Shown piece after piece: positions 13,401 to 27,682 of a DNA stretch of 64,000 bases. The stretch comes from Octopus vulgaris (Eukaryota): positions 113,088,001 to 113,152,000 of the forward strand of contig OX597815.1 in assembly GCA_951406725.2 (NCBI GenBank). Reading direction: 5' to 3'. The position numbers and the translations under genes were made by a program. Below the pieces are notes generated by a model that ran no database searches, was not told where the DNA came from, and saw nothing but the letters and a program-made list of their open reading frames with translations. Position 1 is the stretch's first letter, and each line of letters opens with the position of its first letter.

Positions 13401-14770
13401 ATATATATATATATATATATATATACATACATACATATATACATGTGTGTGCGCGCGCGCTTCTATATGTGAGCATTAGATTGAGTACACAATACGTTTC
13501 GTAGAATTGATCAATTCGTTAGATCTAACATAACTCTCAGTTCACAGATTTACTTAATGTAATATGATATAGCATTGCTTATACGGTAATTTTAAAATTT
13601 AACTTGAAAGTTTTGAGGAAAAGCAATAATCATTACAAAATATAAAACCCTTACTGATATAAAAGATTTTCAGATTTTGCATTATCATCTTTTTTAATAG
13701 AAAAAGGGAGATAACTAGGTTTCACTGAATCTGAAAAATATAAAATATAGGCAAGAAAATATTGTTTTAAAACCAGTATATAGGTCACCAAATATATTAC
13801 ATATCAATACTAAGAGTGTTTTTTTTTATGTATATACGCTATAAAATAAAAACTTCTGTAATACACACACACACAGATTTACATAGATATGTATGTATGT
13901 TTGTATGCATGCATGTATGTATGTATGAATGGATGTATGGGTGTATACATATATATATCCTTATATATATATATGTGTGTGTTTGTGTGTATGTAAACAT
14001 ACTTACGTTCGTACGTACACATATATATATATGTATACATATACATATACATATATACTAAAAGAGTATATATATATACATATATATATATATCAAACAC
14101 TTTCGTGTATATCAAACACTTTCGTTTTTTGGGTTTTTTCTTAAAATACATATTGAAATAAGATTTTTTCTCAATCTTGTCATATATAATATTTTGGAAT
14201 ATATATATATATTTCCTGATTTTAAACTAGTTTTGTCGATAGTATATGCATTTTACTTTTCAGAGGCTAAGTGAAACATAGTTATCGCCTTTTTTTTTCA
14301 TTTTTTTTTCCATCATTTAACGGTAGCGGATTCACCATTACATCAATAAATTGTATCTATATACTTTTGTAGTAACTACAAGTTTTTCTCCATAGCTTCA
14401 TGTATGATTTAAATTCATACTGCCAATTGACTCACATAACCTTTTTATGCCATGATATATTTCTAATTCAATTTCTATTTTCCCGTTAAATATCGACCGA
14501 GATATTTTTTTTCATATATTTCTGCTTGCTTTTATTTTGATATTGATTCGCAAAGATTTTGCTGTTTACTGATTTCAAAATTTATCATAAACAATATATT
14601 TGTTTCTAATGAGATTCTGATACAGATGATTCACCCTAGCGCTAATATTCCGGTAAAAGTACACAAACTGTAGATTATAACATGTTGGTATATTGAATTG
14701 TGGTATTCTTAGTTATAAAACTAACGAACTAACAAATTCGGAAACGCATGTGTGTATATGTATATATAAG

Positions 14771-15001
14771 GGCGGCGAGCTGGCAGAAACGATAGCACGC
14801 CGGGCGAAATGCGTAGCCGTATTTCGTCTGTCGTTACATTCTGAGTTCAAATTCCGCCGAGGTCGACTTTGCCTTTCATCCTTTCGGGGTCGATAAATTA
14901 AGTACCAGTTTCGCAATGGGGTCGATGTATTCAACTTAATCCCTTTGTCTGTCCTTGTTTGTCCCCTCTATGTTTAGCCCCTTGTGGGTAGTAAAGAAAT
15001 A
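14771..15001 (+). mobile_element. SINE family A, full length
   Basis: Complete head, core and tail, embedded in (TA)n. Confidence 0.92.
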
Positions 15002-15007
15002 TATATG

Positions 15008-15083
<76 letters not shown>

Positions 15084-15515
15084 ATGTGAGGATCGAAATC
15101 CTTCAAAGGGCTGTCAAACATCCAAGTCCGCCAGTAAAGTCCAAGTAAAGAATATATATAAAAATGTATATTCAGTGTTTGCGAAAACAGTAAATGAAGT
15201 ATAAAGAAAGGAAAAAAAAATCATACGTGTAGACGAACTTTGATTTAATATACATTCTATAAATGTTTCGGGGTCTAATTCACGTCTGGGCAACGAAAGG
15301 TCTTTGTATATTTTTGTTGGTCGTAATCATTCATAACAGTATGTAATTCCTGATGAGGAATCTAATTTGTATTTCATGAAGAGATTTTCGTCTTTGTCTT
15401 TGGAATAAATTAGACTCCAAAACAATTCGTAGAATGTATATTGGTTGTGTACCAACTTGGATTTGATTTGAATTAAAGTTCGTCTACACTTACTATTTTT
15501 CCTTTCCTTATACTT

Positions 15516-15554
<39 letters not shown>

Positions 15555-15723
15555 ATTGAATATCACCTGAAGAAGTACAACTGGATCTCATTATACAGGT
15601 AAACCGTTGCGTAATCAAATTCCTGTGTATATGAAGAACTATGTTTTATGCAAAAGTTGGTAGTGATGGAAAAATAATTGCCTAACTATACTCCTTCTTG
15701 TTGACTTACTTTATTTTATTATG

Positions 15724-15769
<46 letters not shown>

Positions 15770-15795
15770 AGAGAGCGACAGGCAGAGACAGACAA

Positions 15796-15865
<70 letters not shown>

Positions 15866-15866
15866 T

Positions 15867-16645
15867 TCGACCAAAGATTGCTCCAGGCCATGTCTCAATA
15901 GCACCACCTGACAGGATATGCTAAAACCTTTTTAAGTCAGGTTTTATGGTATCATGGTCCATTCGAGTAGGGAGTTCTTGTTGAATGAGTTGTATCCAGG
16001 TGTAGGTGGCTTATCTAGTATCCCTTGAAGAAATTTGTCCAGATTCCGTTTAAAAGTGATGGTATCATTTTCTTCTTTGATCTGTTTTGGGACAATGTTA
16101 AATAGGGCAGGTCCTGTTGAGGAAAAGAAATTGTGCTGCAGTGTATTTATGTGTTGTGATCCCGAATTGGGTAGGGGACATATGGCCCGTGGTCCTATCC
16201 TTGGATGAATTCTGAAACTAATTTTGAGGTCGTTTGGGTAATGCTGGTGGTATATTCCCCACATCATGCAAACGATGTATCGCTCACGGCGGCGCTGGAG
16301 AATATAGAGTTTCAATGCTTTAAGGCTGTCCCAATAATCGAGATCAGTCATGCCCTTAATTCTTTTAGCGAATACCCTCTAGGGTGATTCAGTTTTCGAA
16401 ATGTTTTGCTTTGTGTGGGGAGACCACAGAAGGCAACAATATTCGAAGTGTGGCCGTACTTAGGAGGAGCAAAGAGGAATGATGACACATTGTTTTCTGG
16501 ACGAGAAGGTTCTTAGAATCCAGGAGCTTGGAGTCATCGGCGAATATTTTCACTTTGCTTTGTTTGATAACGCCTGAAATGTCATTTATATAAACTATAA
16601 ACAGAAGCGGGTCCCAGGCAGTCCCCTTTGGGATACCACAGGTGA
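15867..16645 (-). mobile_element. CR1/L2-group LINE RT 3' fragment, internally deleted
   Basis: CGIPKGTAWDPLLFIVYINDI...KIFADDSKL and DYWDSLKALKLYILQRRRERY...FKRNLDKFL. Confidence 0.85.
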
Positions 16646-16664
16646 CTTTTGCTGGGCTTGAGTG

Positions 16665-16722
<58 letters not shown>

Positions 16723-16736
16723 CGCATATATATATG

Positions 16737-16772
<36 letters not shown>

Positions 16773-16776
<4 letters not shown>

Positions 16777-16890
16777 TTGCTCGCTTAGCCAGCGGGGTGG
16801 CGTCATTCGAAGGCTAAAACAATGCGAACGCATTGTGACCAGCGATGTGTAACAACATCTGATGGTCTGGTCGGTCATGTGTCATGTGAT
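16773..16890 (+). mobile_element. SINE family C 3' fragment
   Basis: Matches the 3' half of the full copy at 55060-55359; similar fragments at 37512-37632 and 50975-51210. Confidence 0.8.
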
Positions 16891-16891
16891 G

Positions 16892-16934
<43 letters not shown>

Positions 16935-16966
16935 TACATGCGTCTATCTGTCTATCTATATAATTC

Positions 16967-17160
16967 AAAATGTGACCGCGTGTGTAACGTTGGCGATTTT
17001 TTTCCTCCGTCTTCCCTTCTTTGGATCTTTCCTTTTCCTATGTTTCTGACGAAGAGCTCCGCTCGAAACGTTAAACCCTCCTTCTTTCCTTCTTTCCTGA
17101 GCGTCCAATAATACTATATTTGTTCCACGTCCTCGCGTTGTTGTGTTTTCATGTTTGGAT

Positions 17161-17164
<4 letters not shown>
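16967..17164 (+). mobile_element. About 200-bp non-coding hammerhead-bearing repeat (Penelope terminal repeat or retrozyme-like)
   Basis: Near-identical second copy at 48145-48345; both flanked by (TA)n. Confidence 0.85.
17042..17076 (+). ncRNA. Minimal type I hammerhead ribozyme with intact core
   Basis: gttt CTGACGA a gagc-tcc-gctc GAAAC GTT aaac: stem I gttt/aaac, stem II gagc/gctc, palindromic ACGU stem III. Confidence 0.8.
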
Positions 17165-17210
<46 letters not shown>

Positions 17211-17457
17211 TACACTCATGCATTTCATACTTATACATATTCCTACATATAGAGATACAATATGTGTACATATGTGTGTATGTATGTATCTATGTATGTG
17301 TGTATGTATGTATCTATGTATGTGTATGTGTGTATGTATGTATGACAGGGAGAGCTAGAGAGAGTAAATGAATCGATAAAGAGAAAGCACTATTTTTCTA
17401 TATATATTTTTGTTCCCTCTTTTCATTCTTCCAATTTATCTATTCGTCTTTTTACAG

Positions 17458-17608
17458 ATACAACATTTTCTTGATCATTGTCAACTATTTTCTGCCCATG
17501 TTTATTCTAATTGTCACATACACGTTCCTGGGAAAAGAACTTTGGGGCAGCAAAGCAATTGGTGAAAATACTTCCATCCAGCAACAAAGAGTCAAAGCAA
17601 AACAAAAG
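17458..17608 (+). CDS. TKRPR: Tachykinin/tachykinin-related peptide receptor, internal exon (TM5 and ICL3; equivalent to vertebrate TACR exon 3)
   Basis: Polypyrimidine tract and ttttacAG acceptor ending 17457; reads a|YNIFLIIVNYFLPMFILIVTYTFLGKELWGSKAIGENTSIQQQRVKAKQK; donor GTaaaa at 17609; 151 bp, phase 2 in and phase 0 out; YFLP and LW..KAK.K are typical of tachykinin receptors. Confidence 0.93.
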
Positions 17609-17922
17609 GTAAAACTAGTTAATCCACTGCTCTTGAATCGATGTTCTGAGATTCTGTTTCAAGCGTGTTGTCTTTAATTCTAGAAATGCAGCATGCTCCG
17701 TGACAATGCGTGTTTATGTACCACGTGTCTATATGTGTGAAAATTTGTTTGTTTGTGTGTGTGTGTATTTATATGTACTTATATATATTATTTCTTTATT
17801 GTATGTACTTATATATATTCTGGCTTTTTCATGTTGAACCGTTTTATTCCCTACACATTTTCTCTTCGTTTTTTTTTTTCATTCTCTCTCCTTCCTCTCT
17901 CTCCTTTTCTTCCTCTTGATCC

Positions 17923-17961
17923 TTTCTGTCGAAGAGCGTGGGCTCGAAACGTTCGTTAAAC
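17923..17961 (+). ncRNA. Minimal hammerhead motif, A6U core variant
   Basis: ttt CTGTCGA a gagc-gtgg-gctc GAAAC gttc GTT aaac. Confidence 0.6.
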
Positions 17962-18134
17962 TAATATATTTGTTTGTTGCCCCTACACTTGTTTTCGTCT
18001 TTTGCTTTCTGTAAATTTGAACTATGTATGTATGTGTGTATGTATGTATGTGTGCGTGTGTGCGTGTACGTGCGTGTGTGTGTGAGTGAGTGTGTGTGTG
18101 TGTGTGCTTGTGTGTGTGTGTGTGTGTGTGTGTG

Positions 18135-18330
18135 TGATCTCTAAGAGATCACACCCCGAACGAGATCAGGGATAGAACTTAAGTGAAGGACGTCGTCGCA
18201 GAACAACACTACGCAAAGCTATGATGGGCCACTCATGTCTCAAGCCTCACAGACAATCGGTGGACCCGTACAGTTGTCGAGTGGTACCCGCCGTGAGCGA
18301 AGAGACCACTCGAAAGACCTCCAATCTGGT
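18135..18330 (+). mobile_element. RTE-clade LINE 3' fragment
   Basis: Homologous to 13100-13290 (LTDNRWTRTVVEWYP...KRPLERPPIWW). Confidence 0.75.
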
Positions 18331-18455
18331 GGGAAGAAAAATGTTTGAAACAACGTAGAGGAGAATGGCGAGAATACGAGGGGAATGAAACGAATGCTGT
18401 GGCCAGCAGAGCCGACTCTGCACCAGACATCCTGGCCGATCCAGATAATATGAAT

Positions 18456-18509
<54 letters not shown>

Positions 18510-19279
18510 GTGGTTCCCCTGGTAATCGCGGGTATTACAAGGCAGATAATCACTTCATAAAACTCGGCGGGATTAAAAATTTAAAATTAAGGAATTATAG
18601 GGAAGAAATCCATAAAATTCATTTTTTTTTAATTATGAAGTTCTTATAATTTATAGTCGTCAGTAATTTTAATCGTCAGCAGGTTGTTCTGATTTATTAG
18701 TTGAACAATCTATAAAGTGAGACGCTTTATTAAACGTGGGAAAAATTCGAATTTAGATGAAGCTCGCGGAATTTGCAATTTCTTTTTCTCCAATCGAGAG
18801 AAAAGACAGAAAGTTCTTTGTCTTTAGATAATAACTTGTATCTAGGGAATTTTAATTTATGTAAATGTCAAGTAGCAACCAATAATTTCAGTGTTAGCTA
18901 CAAGCAACTTCACAAGCCGTTTTCAGATATATTCTTTGGTGATGTACATATTCGTTTCAAGTGCTTATTTCAAAGCAGTAACCTTTCGCTGTTGTAAAGC
19001 AGATATTTATTTATAAACATAACACTTTGATATCGACCAACGGTTTAAACAAATTTGCACGAAATCATAGCTAAATCTTTTCAAATACGTCTGGTTCCCC
19101 TCGTGGTCGCGGAAATTACAAGGGAGATAACCATTTCTTCGTAGCATTTGGTAGAATTAGAAATTTGATTTTGAAATTTAATAATTATAAGAAAAATATA
19201 TACACATACGTATATTTATTTATACATGTATGTATGTATGTATGTATGTATGTATGTATGTCTTTATGTATGTATAGAT

Positions 19280-19353
<74 letters not shown>

Positions 19354-19386
19354 GTATGTATGTAGGTAGGTAGGCAGGCAGGCAGG

Positions 19387-19422
<36 letters not shown>

Positions 19423-19459
19423 TATGCAGATAGATAGATAGAGAAACAGACAGACAGAC

Positions 19460-19544
<85 letters not shown>

Positions 19545-21130
19545 TGTTTCTTTATTAGCCACACAGGGCTGCACACAGACCGCGACAGATTACAAAGTAG
19601 AGCAGATAAGGTTTATCCGTGAAAAGAAAAGCCTACAGAAAAGACCACGGTAACCTCGGTCAATAAGGTTACATGTTGTCACATTTGTTTGCAAGTAGGT
19701 AACCCTCTATTTAAAAATTTTCCGGGTTCACAGGATTGTGCTCAAGGTGGCTTCGTCATTCATGCGTGCCATCATTGCTACATTCACCCATCTTTTTTTG
19801 AAACATTCGCTAGACAAAACTTGCCTCTCTATTCTCACTTTACTTTTCAAGTGATACTTGAAGAAGTTGATGAGAGATTGACCAGAGAGGAAAGTATTTG
19901 TCTCCAATCCTTTCAGACGCGTCCACCAGATACATTCTTTCGCCATAGCCACAAGAATGATGAAAATAGCTCTTCCTTCTTGTTTGAAGGAAGGAGGCGT
20001 GACAATATTGACGATAGACTCGGCTGATAAACCGACTCGTCCCACACGTGACAGCAGTCGTTCGACATAAGCCCACAGGTCGGAAATTGTTGGACACTGC
20101 ACAAGAGTGTGCAGAATGGTTTCGTCGCTCTGACAGCATCTCGGGCTGGTCGGCCCCGTGTTTCTCGAGCTGTCTGTAGAGCTTATCCCGAACGAGTAGC
20201 ACTTCTCGGTAGCACTGCCAGGCCAGGGATCTCTGCAAGTTGTCCATGGGCTCTGGCCCGAAAGTCGTCCTGAACAGGCGGGTCAGGTATTCCTCGTCGA
20301 CGTCCAGGCTCGCCCGGAGCTCGTCGTCGTATCTCTCCTCCACTAATCCCCTATAGAATGCTTTGGTTGTGTTGAAGTCACTCGAGGTCGCCCTGGGACA
20401 GCATAGTTGCTTGGGAGCAACGCGACACTCGCGGTGCCATTCGCCCTTCCTCAGCCTCTTTTTGATCCACGACTGCAGTTTGGTCATCGAGACGAGTTGC
20501 AGGAAAGCGTGCCTCACAAACGGCGTCCACACCTGTTCACCGTCGTCTACGCGTGTCTGCACATCATCAACCACGGCATGCCCAGTCCTCCTTTTAACGG
20601 ATGTTGACAGCAAATGAATCGCCTGATCATCGGGATCGCATCCTTTCCACAAGAAGCGAAAGAGAATGCGTTCTAGTTTGGTGATGGTAGGGTCGAGACA
20701 AGGCACGACGGTCAGGCGGTAGCAGATGTCGGACGCGATGTACGAGTTCGCCACCTCCACCCGAACTTTTAGGGACAGTTTCCTCCCAGCCCATTGCCGG
20801 GCGAGAGTGGCCACCCTACTCGTTATCTCGTTCCAGTTTTTCTCCATTTGGAGGTCCGAACCAAACCAGACCCCGAGAAACTCGACCGGACCGTCGGTCC
20901 AGCGTCCCACGACGGAGGCGCTGATGGACGGCATGGGCTTGCTTCTCCGGGTGCCGACCCGCAAACCCACTGATTTTTCCCGGTTGATTTTCGCTCCTGT
21001 CACCACTTCGTAGTCTTTCAGTGTCTCGCCGACCAACTCGATGTGCTCGTGGCTAGACACTATGACGGTGACGTCGCCCTCCTATGTAGACACGCTCGTC
21101 CCGCATCCCAATTCTCGCGGGATGCCCCTC
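19545..21130 (-). mobile_element. Tx1/L1-clade LINE, 5'-truncated ORF2 (RT C-half and CCHC region) with 3' UTR
   Basis: ORF 19840-21060 GAKINREKS...FLGVWFG...KLSL...LERILFRFLWKG; decayed YADD (ST*EGDVTV); 3' end gtgtggctaataaagaaaca; (GATA)n on both sides. Confidence 0.9.
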
Positions 21131-21677
<547 letters not shown>

Positions 21678-21721
21678 GGATGGATGGATGGATGGATGGA
21701 TGGATGGATGGACGGATGGAC

Positions 21722-21755
<34 letters not shown>

Positions 21756-21779
21756 ATGGATGGATGGATGGATGGATAC

Positions 21780-22500
21780 GAGTACACACCACTGAAAGGG
21801 CCGAAATGTAACTGGCTTTTTCACTGACCACTGATGGGACAAATTTTCGTTTGTCTCTGATAATCCTTGTGTTTTAAACACGGAGGATTCATAAGAGTTA
21901 TTATCTCAGGAAAAATACTACACCAACTAGACTATCGACTGTGTATACATTAAGTATGATATATAGATAGTTATGTTAATTAAATACTGCCTCGACTAGA
22001 GATCCCAACGATTTGATTACTCCCTGAGAGTATCGCCTCATTGATGCCGAGCAGCATTGATGCTACCGAGGAATGCCTGTGTTCTTTTAGGCTACTCTGT
22101 AGCACGTTTCGTCCTCTATCATCCATACAGCCACCTCGAAACGTCAGGTATAGCTGTAACAACTTCGATCATGCAGTAACTGTTCTGTTTTTCTAGACTC
22201 TGGGGATTTGTTCTTTAAAGTCAATTTGAGTGTTTTTCTAAAGTGCATCTTCCTTGTAAGCATGATAAAACATTTTCTGCTTTCCTCAGCAGTTCTGCTA
22301 TCTTTCCTAAGTCTAATGTCAGCCATAGCGGATCTAATGAGAAACGACTTAATCACACCCCTAGGGGAATCAACGCGTCTCGCACGATTCACTAAATCAT
22401 TCATATGTCCAAACACCCCTGTAGTGTTTCTCCAAACCATCGTCGACTCATCAATAAAATCATTTTTATCAAGTCAGTCCAAGCCATAAGGTTAAGGCAT
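21780..22500 (-). mobile_element. Highly degenerate Penelope-like C-terminal region
   Basis: Minus-strand remnants LVNRARRV (thumb-like) and CYSYT...RNVLQSSLKEH (GIY-YIG-like); many disablements. Confidence 0.45.
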
Positions 22501-22559
22501 TGCATCATTTAGTGCAATATGATTTGGGAATAAAAGCTCTTCAAATTCACTTTCACTTC

Positions 22560-23080
22560 CCAATCATTATCACCACACAAAAGTCTGGCTATTGAGCTTA
22601 ATTGTTTACACTCCTGTATTATTCTTTCTCTACCTCATTGCAGAAAATAACAAGGTGCAATTTTGTGTTGGTTCTCATGGCATTAATGCTGCAGTGTCAT
22701 TGTTTTAGTGACCCAGTAAGAATATTCAAGACTTGGTTATGCCATTAGGCATATTCTGTAGTGGGTGATTTACAGGCTGCCAGAATATGCTCCAATGATG
22801 CTTAACTTCTGCACTGATAACAATCAGCTATGTCATTCGAGCTCCGCTGTCTAATTGGCTGGGAATTGAGGCACATTTCCAAGAAGTATCCTTGTACTTT
22901 TGGACCACACTGTAATTTATTTTCTCTCTTTCATCCGTGCAGCCACTAAAATAAGCTGGATACAGCGTTAACAGCATCAACCAGCCATTCAGCTGCTATT
23001 TTTTTTATTACTCGGTGGGGATTTCATCTTTACTTTCAGCTTTGGTCATTCACTCGCATGCATCTGTCATATTCATGATG
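22560..23080 (-). mobile_element. Degenerate restriction-like-endonuclease LINE (HERO/NeSL-like) zinc-finger region
   Basis: CYQCRS*ASLEHILAACK...WHNQVL followed by a PD motif. Confidence 0.65.
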
Positions 23081-23376
23081 AAGCATTTTTTATTTACCAC
23101 TCCATTTCACAATCAGTACTTTGTATGGTATGTACATGTATATGCATATATTTATGCATATACAAGTTCATATATGCATACATATATAAATATATCCATC
23201 CATATATATGTGTGTGTGTATACATATATACATACATATATATAAAAATATATATATATATACGCATATATATGTATATATATATATATGTATATATATA
23301 TATGCATATGTGTCTATGTCTTTTTGCATATATATATGAATATATATATACACACATATATAAATGTGTATTTATT

Positions 23377-23416
<40 letters not shown>

Positions 23417-23943
23417 CACACTCATATATATATATGCACATACATACAAACATACATACATACATAAATGCATATTTTATGCCATATATCACGCAAGACA
23501 CATACACATGCAGACGCACATACATGCCAATCTGCATTCATAAAGGTATCCACATTCTCTTACATATAATTATGACAAATAAGCACGAATGTTTGTCTCT
23601 ATGAAGCAGCTTTAGTCGTTCGTTCTTCTCTTCTTATTCATCATTATTACTAGTCTTGTCTTGTCTTTTTTGTTTTGTTATTATTTTATATTATTGTTGT
23701 GTCTGTATTTTTTCTCCTGTCAAAGACATTGTCTTCATATTCTTGCTGCAATTATCTCTAATTCTTTTATCTTTGAAGAACAAACATCTTAATAATAATG
23801 TTGTAGTTTCCTGGTAGAATCCTGCTTTGCTGCAAGCTTGGCCGCGTGGGTGTATGTGTGAATATATGTGTATGCATACATTTGTACGTGGATATGTGCG
23901 CGTAAACGAGTGGGTGTGCATGCATGTGTGCGAGTGTGTGTGT

Positions 23944-24011
<68 letters not shown>

Positions 24012-24222
24012 CTATTGTTCTGCAGAAGTTTTGGTCATGTTTTGTTAAGTTCCAATTAAGAATTATAAAGTTAAGTTCTTTTTTTTCTTCCTTCTTTTTG
24101 TTAGTTGTCTTTTTTTTTTGTTATTTCTCGTTTGGATTTTAGCGAGTTTTTGATCAAGTTTTTAACTCTCTATCTCTTTTTATATCTCTCTCTCTCTCTC
24201 TATCTCTATCTCTCTATCTCTG

Positions 24223-24253
<31 letters not shown>

Positions 24254-24951
24254 CTATCTATCTATCTATCTATCTATCTAGCTATCTATCTCCCTACCTG
24301 TATTTATCTCTATCTCATCCATCTATCTATTTCCATATCTCACCCTACCTTTTTCTCTTCCTTCTATTTTCTATTGTTATTTTTTCATTCCTTTTCGTAC
24401 TTTTCTTTCTTAGTCCCGTCATTATTTGGACTATTTCATTATTGTCATATATTTTGTCTGTTTTTCATGTTGTTTTCTTGTTCTGGTATTTTGTTTATTT
24501 TTTGGTGGGGAGGAAAATGTTTTTATTTAGTTTTTGCAAATTCTTTCTTTCTTAGAAGTCATTCCTTTATTCCCTCATTCATTTATTCGTTCATTCACAC
24601 AGAACATCGATTAGTGCATTGTTCTGATTTGCCTGCGAAAATACCACTTACGTTGTTGTCAGATACTGACCTTGTGTGGTGCTTTCATTGTATTTAGAAC
24701 TGTATTGAGAACAATAACGTTTTGAAAATTATTTATCACCACCACCACCACCATCAGCACCAGTAACATCCTCAACATCACCGCCAACACCAAAACAAAC
24801 ATCACTCTGATTTCAGACCAAGCCACTACTGGCCCACATTAATTCGTATTCAAAAGATGCCATCTGTTTTAAGAAAGAAAAACAATAGGAGTATTTACTG
24901 GTCTGCATTCTATTGGCAAACTTAAACCGAATTGATTTCTTCAGAGTAAAT

Positions 24952-25014
<63 letters not shown>

Positions 25015-25021
25015 CATACAT

Positions 25022-25120
<99 letters not shown>

Positions 25121-25505
25121 TGTTTCTTTATTAGCCACACAGGGCTGCACACAGATAGAACAAATTACAAGGTAGAGCTTTTCTTTTGGGGGTAAAAAAA
25201 AGGGAGTGGTGGTTTTCGATCAAAAGGGATCGTAAAGGGAAAGGAAGAGGACAAAAAAAAGGGAGGGGGTTAATAAAAAAAAAGGTGGGGGGAGAGCAAA
25301 AAAATTGATCAATAGGGATCGTTATCACAGAAATGTCAATATGAAGTGTAAAGGGGGAGAACAGGTGAGGTTTACCCGTGGAAAGAAAAGCCTACGGAAA
25401 AGACCACGGTAACCTCGGTCAATGAAGTCACATGTTATATTTCTTTTTTTTTTTGCAAATAAGCAACTCTCTGTATTAATTTTTACGGTTCATAGAATCA
25501 TAGTC
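25121..25505 (-). mobile_element. Tx1-like LINE 3' UTR fragment within (GATA)n
   Basis: Same terminus as 19545 and shared gaaaagaccacggtaacctcggtcaat block; GATA repeats on both sides. Confidence 0.88.
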
Positions 25506-25551
25506 AGATAGATAGATAGATAGATAGATATGTATACACGTAAATATACGA

Positions 25552-25595
<44 letters not shown>

Positions 25596-26343
25596 GAACA
25601 CAATCCGGAGACACTTGTAGCAGTCTAAGTGAACGAAAATTGCATTTATTTGGATAAATGTAAAAGTACTAAGTACTTGTTAGAGCATTGTGTGTGCAAA
25701 TAAACACATGTCTGTGTGTACACGCACGCACAAATTCCTCTTGTGTGTGTGTGTCTATATGTGTAAAGAGAGATACATATACATAGAATGCATACATACA
25801 TATTTATATATACATATAGGGAATAGATGGATAAACATCCCAGAGTAAATCTCCAGTAATTAAAATCCAAATAAATAACTGATATTTAAACTCCAACGTA
25901 TAATTAAGTTGCAGTTAATCTGTGTGGGACCGATTTGCCCGCACATACATAATCTATCTATCTATCTATCTATCTATCTGTCTGTCTATGTATGTATGTA
26001 TGTATTATCTATCTATCTATCTAAACATATTTAGTAGCATTTCACATATCACTCATACCTTTATTCCACTCAACAGCTGTTTCGTTACGATAAACGCTCC
26101 CAATGTGTAATTGCACAATCATAATACATAATTATTTTATATTAAATTAAATTAGATTTTAAAAACATGTTTTTCTAAATCATCTAGAATGATATACATG
26201 CACAAATATATATATTCATACAAACTAAACACATACATGTACATACATATTAGCTGAAGCAAACCAACAGATTAAGGAAAATAGATACGTGCACGCGCGC
26301 GCACACTCATACACATACACACACACACATTTATATATGTATA

Positions 26344-26379
<36 letters not shown>

Positions 26380-26461
26380 TGTATGTATGTATGTATGTAT
26401 GTATGTATGTATGTATGCATGTATGTATGTATATACGTATGTATATACGTATATACATGCA

Positions 26462-27682
26462 CAGGGTGCGAGAGGGTATTTCAGGACTTAATTATCAGAG
26501 AGCAATAGCTCTCTTCAAACAAATTAAAATGTTATTTCTTCTAGGTTCCCCGTGACAGATTAAATACTAACATAAGAAATGAAACGTTATGCAGTCACTG
26601 TTGTCATATGTGTGGAACACGGCTATTTAGGAATTGCTAATTTTCTAAATGCTGGATGATCTTTTGTACTCAAACTACGAAACCTCCGGCGAGAATATTT
26701 CAGTTGTATAAAGGAGAAAAACAACACCCTAAACGTGTGAACACAATAAGGACAACTACAGTTTATCCAAAGGGCTCGAAATATTATCGATAATGACCCC
26801 GGAAACTCACTGAGAGATTTTGTCAATGAACTTCCAGTATCGGAGTTGATTATCAGAACTGTGGTGCACGATGGTATTCGAAATATGTTGTTCGTACAGA
26901 GGAGAGCTCTATTCATATCTTCAATGACAGGAAAACCGCTTAATTTGTGTCAAGTAGTTACTTGATTTAAAACGCTTACGAACATGGCATGCTTTGGTTC
27001 TTTTCTTTTAAGAAAAACTTCTATTAAATCCAAAATTCCAACAAAAGGAATGAAAGGTGGTTATATGCAGATACTTTTTTTATGTGCCTAGACTGATGCA
27101 ACTGTGATGGTTTTAGGAGTAACAATGGTCATGTCATGCCGCCTTACATCTTTCCATGGGGTCTTAGAATTAATGGTTGCTGGATACCTTAAGGTGCTGC
27201 AGACAATTGTTAGGCTCTGGATCGATTAAATACGCAGTTGAAGGCCATAGTTGTTTCAACAAGACTTAGAACTTTCTCACAAAGCCACTTCACCCAAGAA
27301 TGAATCTCAGATAATATCCACGATCATGTAATGCCAAGATTGTGGCCTCCAAACTCGACAGATTTAAATCCCATAGACTAGTATGTTTTAAGCGTTGTTA
27401 AAAGGAAGTCTAATTGATATCCTCACAATACCATTGCTTCACTGAAGGCCACCATTTTCCAGGTGATCTCCAAAATCAACAAAGACTATTTAGCGCAGCT
27501 AGGTCAACAATTACGGTCCCGCATTGAAGCAGTCATCGAAGCTGAAGGCTAATTCATAGAATAATCAAAGAAAACTTATCGAGAACATGCGCACAAACTT
27601 TTATTAAAATGCATTTGGTTTTTTGCTAGATTTAAAGTTTTATTAAATCCCAAATATATCCTGAAATAACTCTCGAACCCTG
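26462..27682 (+). mobile_element. Full-length decayed Tc1/mariner-superfamily transposon (DD37D/maT-like)
   Basis: Imperfect TIRs cagggtgcgagagggtatttcagga / tcctgaaataactctcgaaccctg with TA on the right; WPPNSTDLNPID and RSRIEAVIEAEG*FIE remnants; about 1.2 kb. Confidence 0.85.

Noticed and set aside
17609-17677. ORF-track extension of the TM5 exon (VKLVNPLLL...)
   Set aside because: It lies past a canonical GT donor; receptor similarity continues in the exon at 29788.
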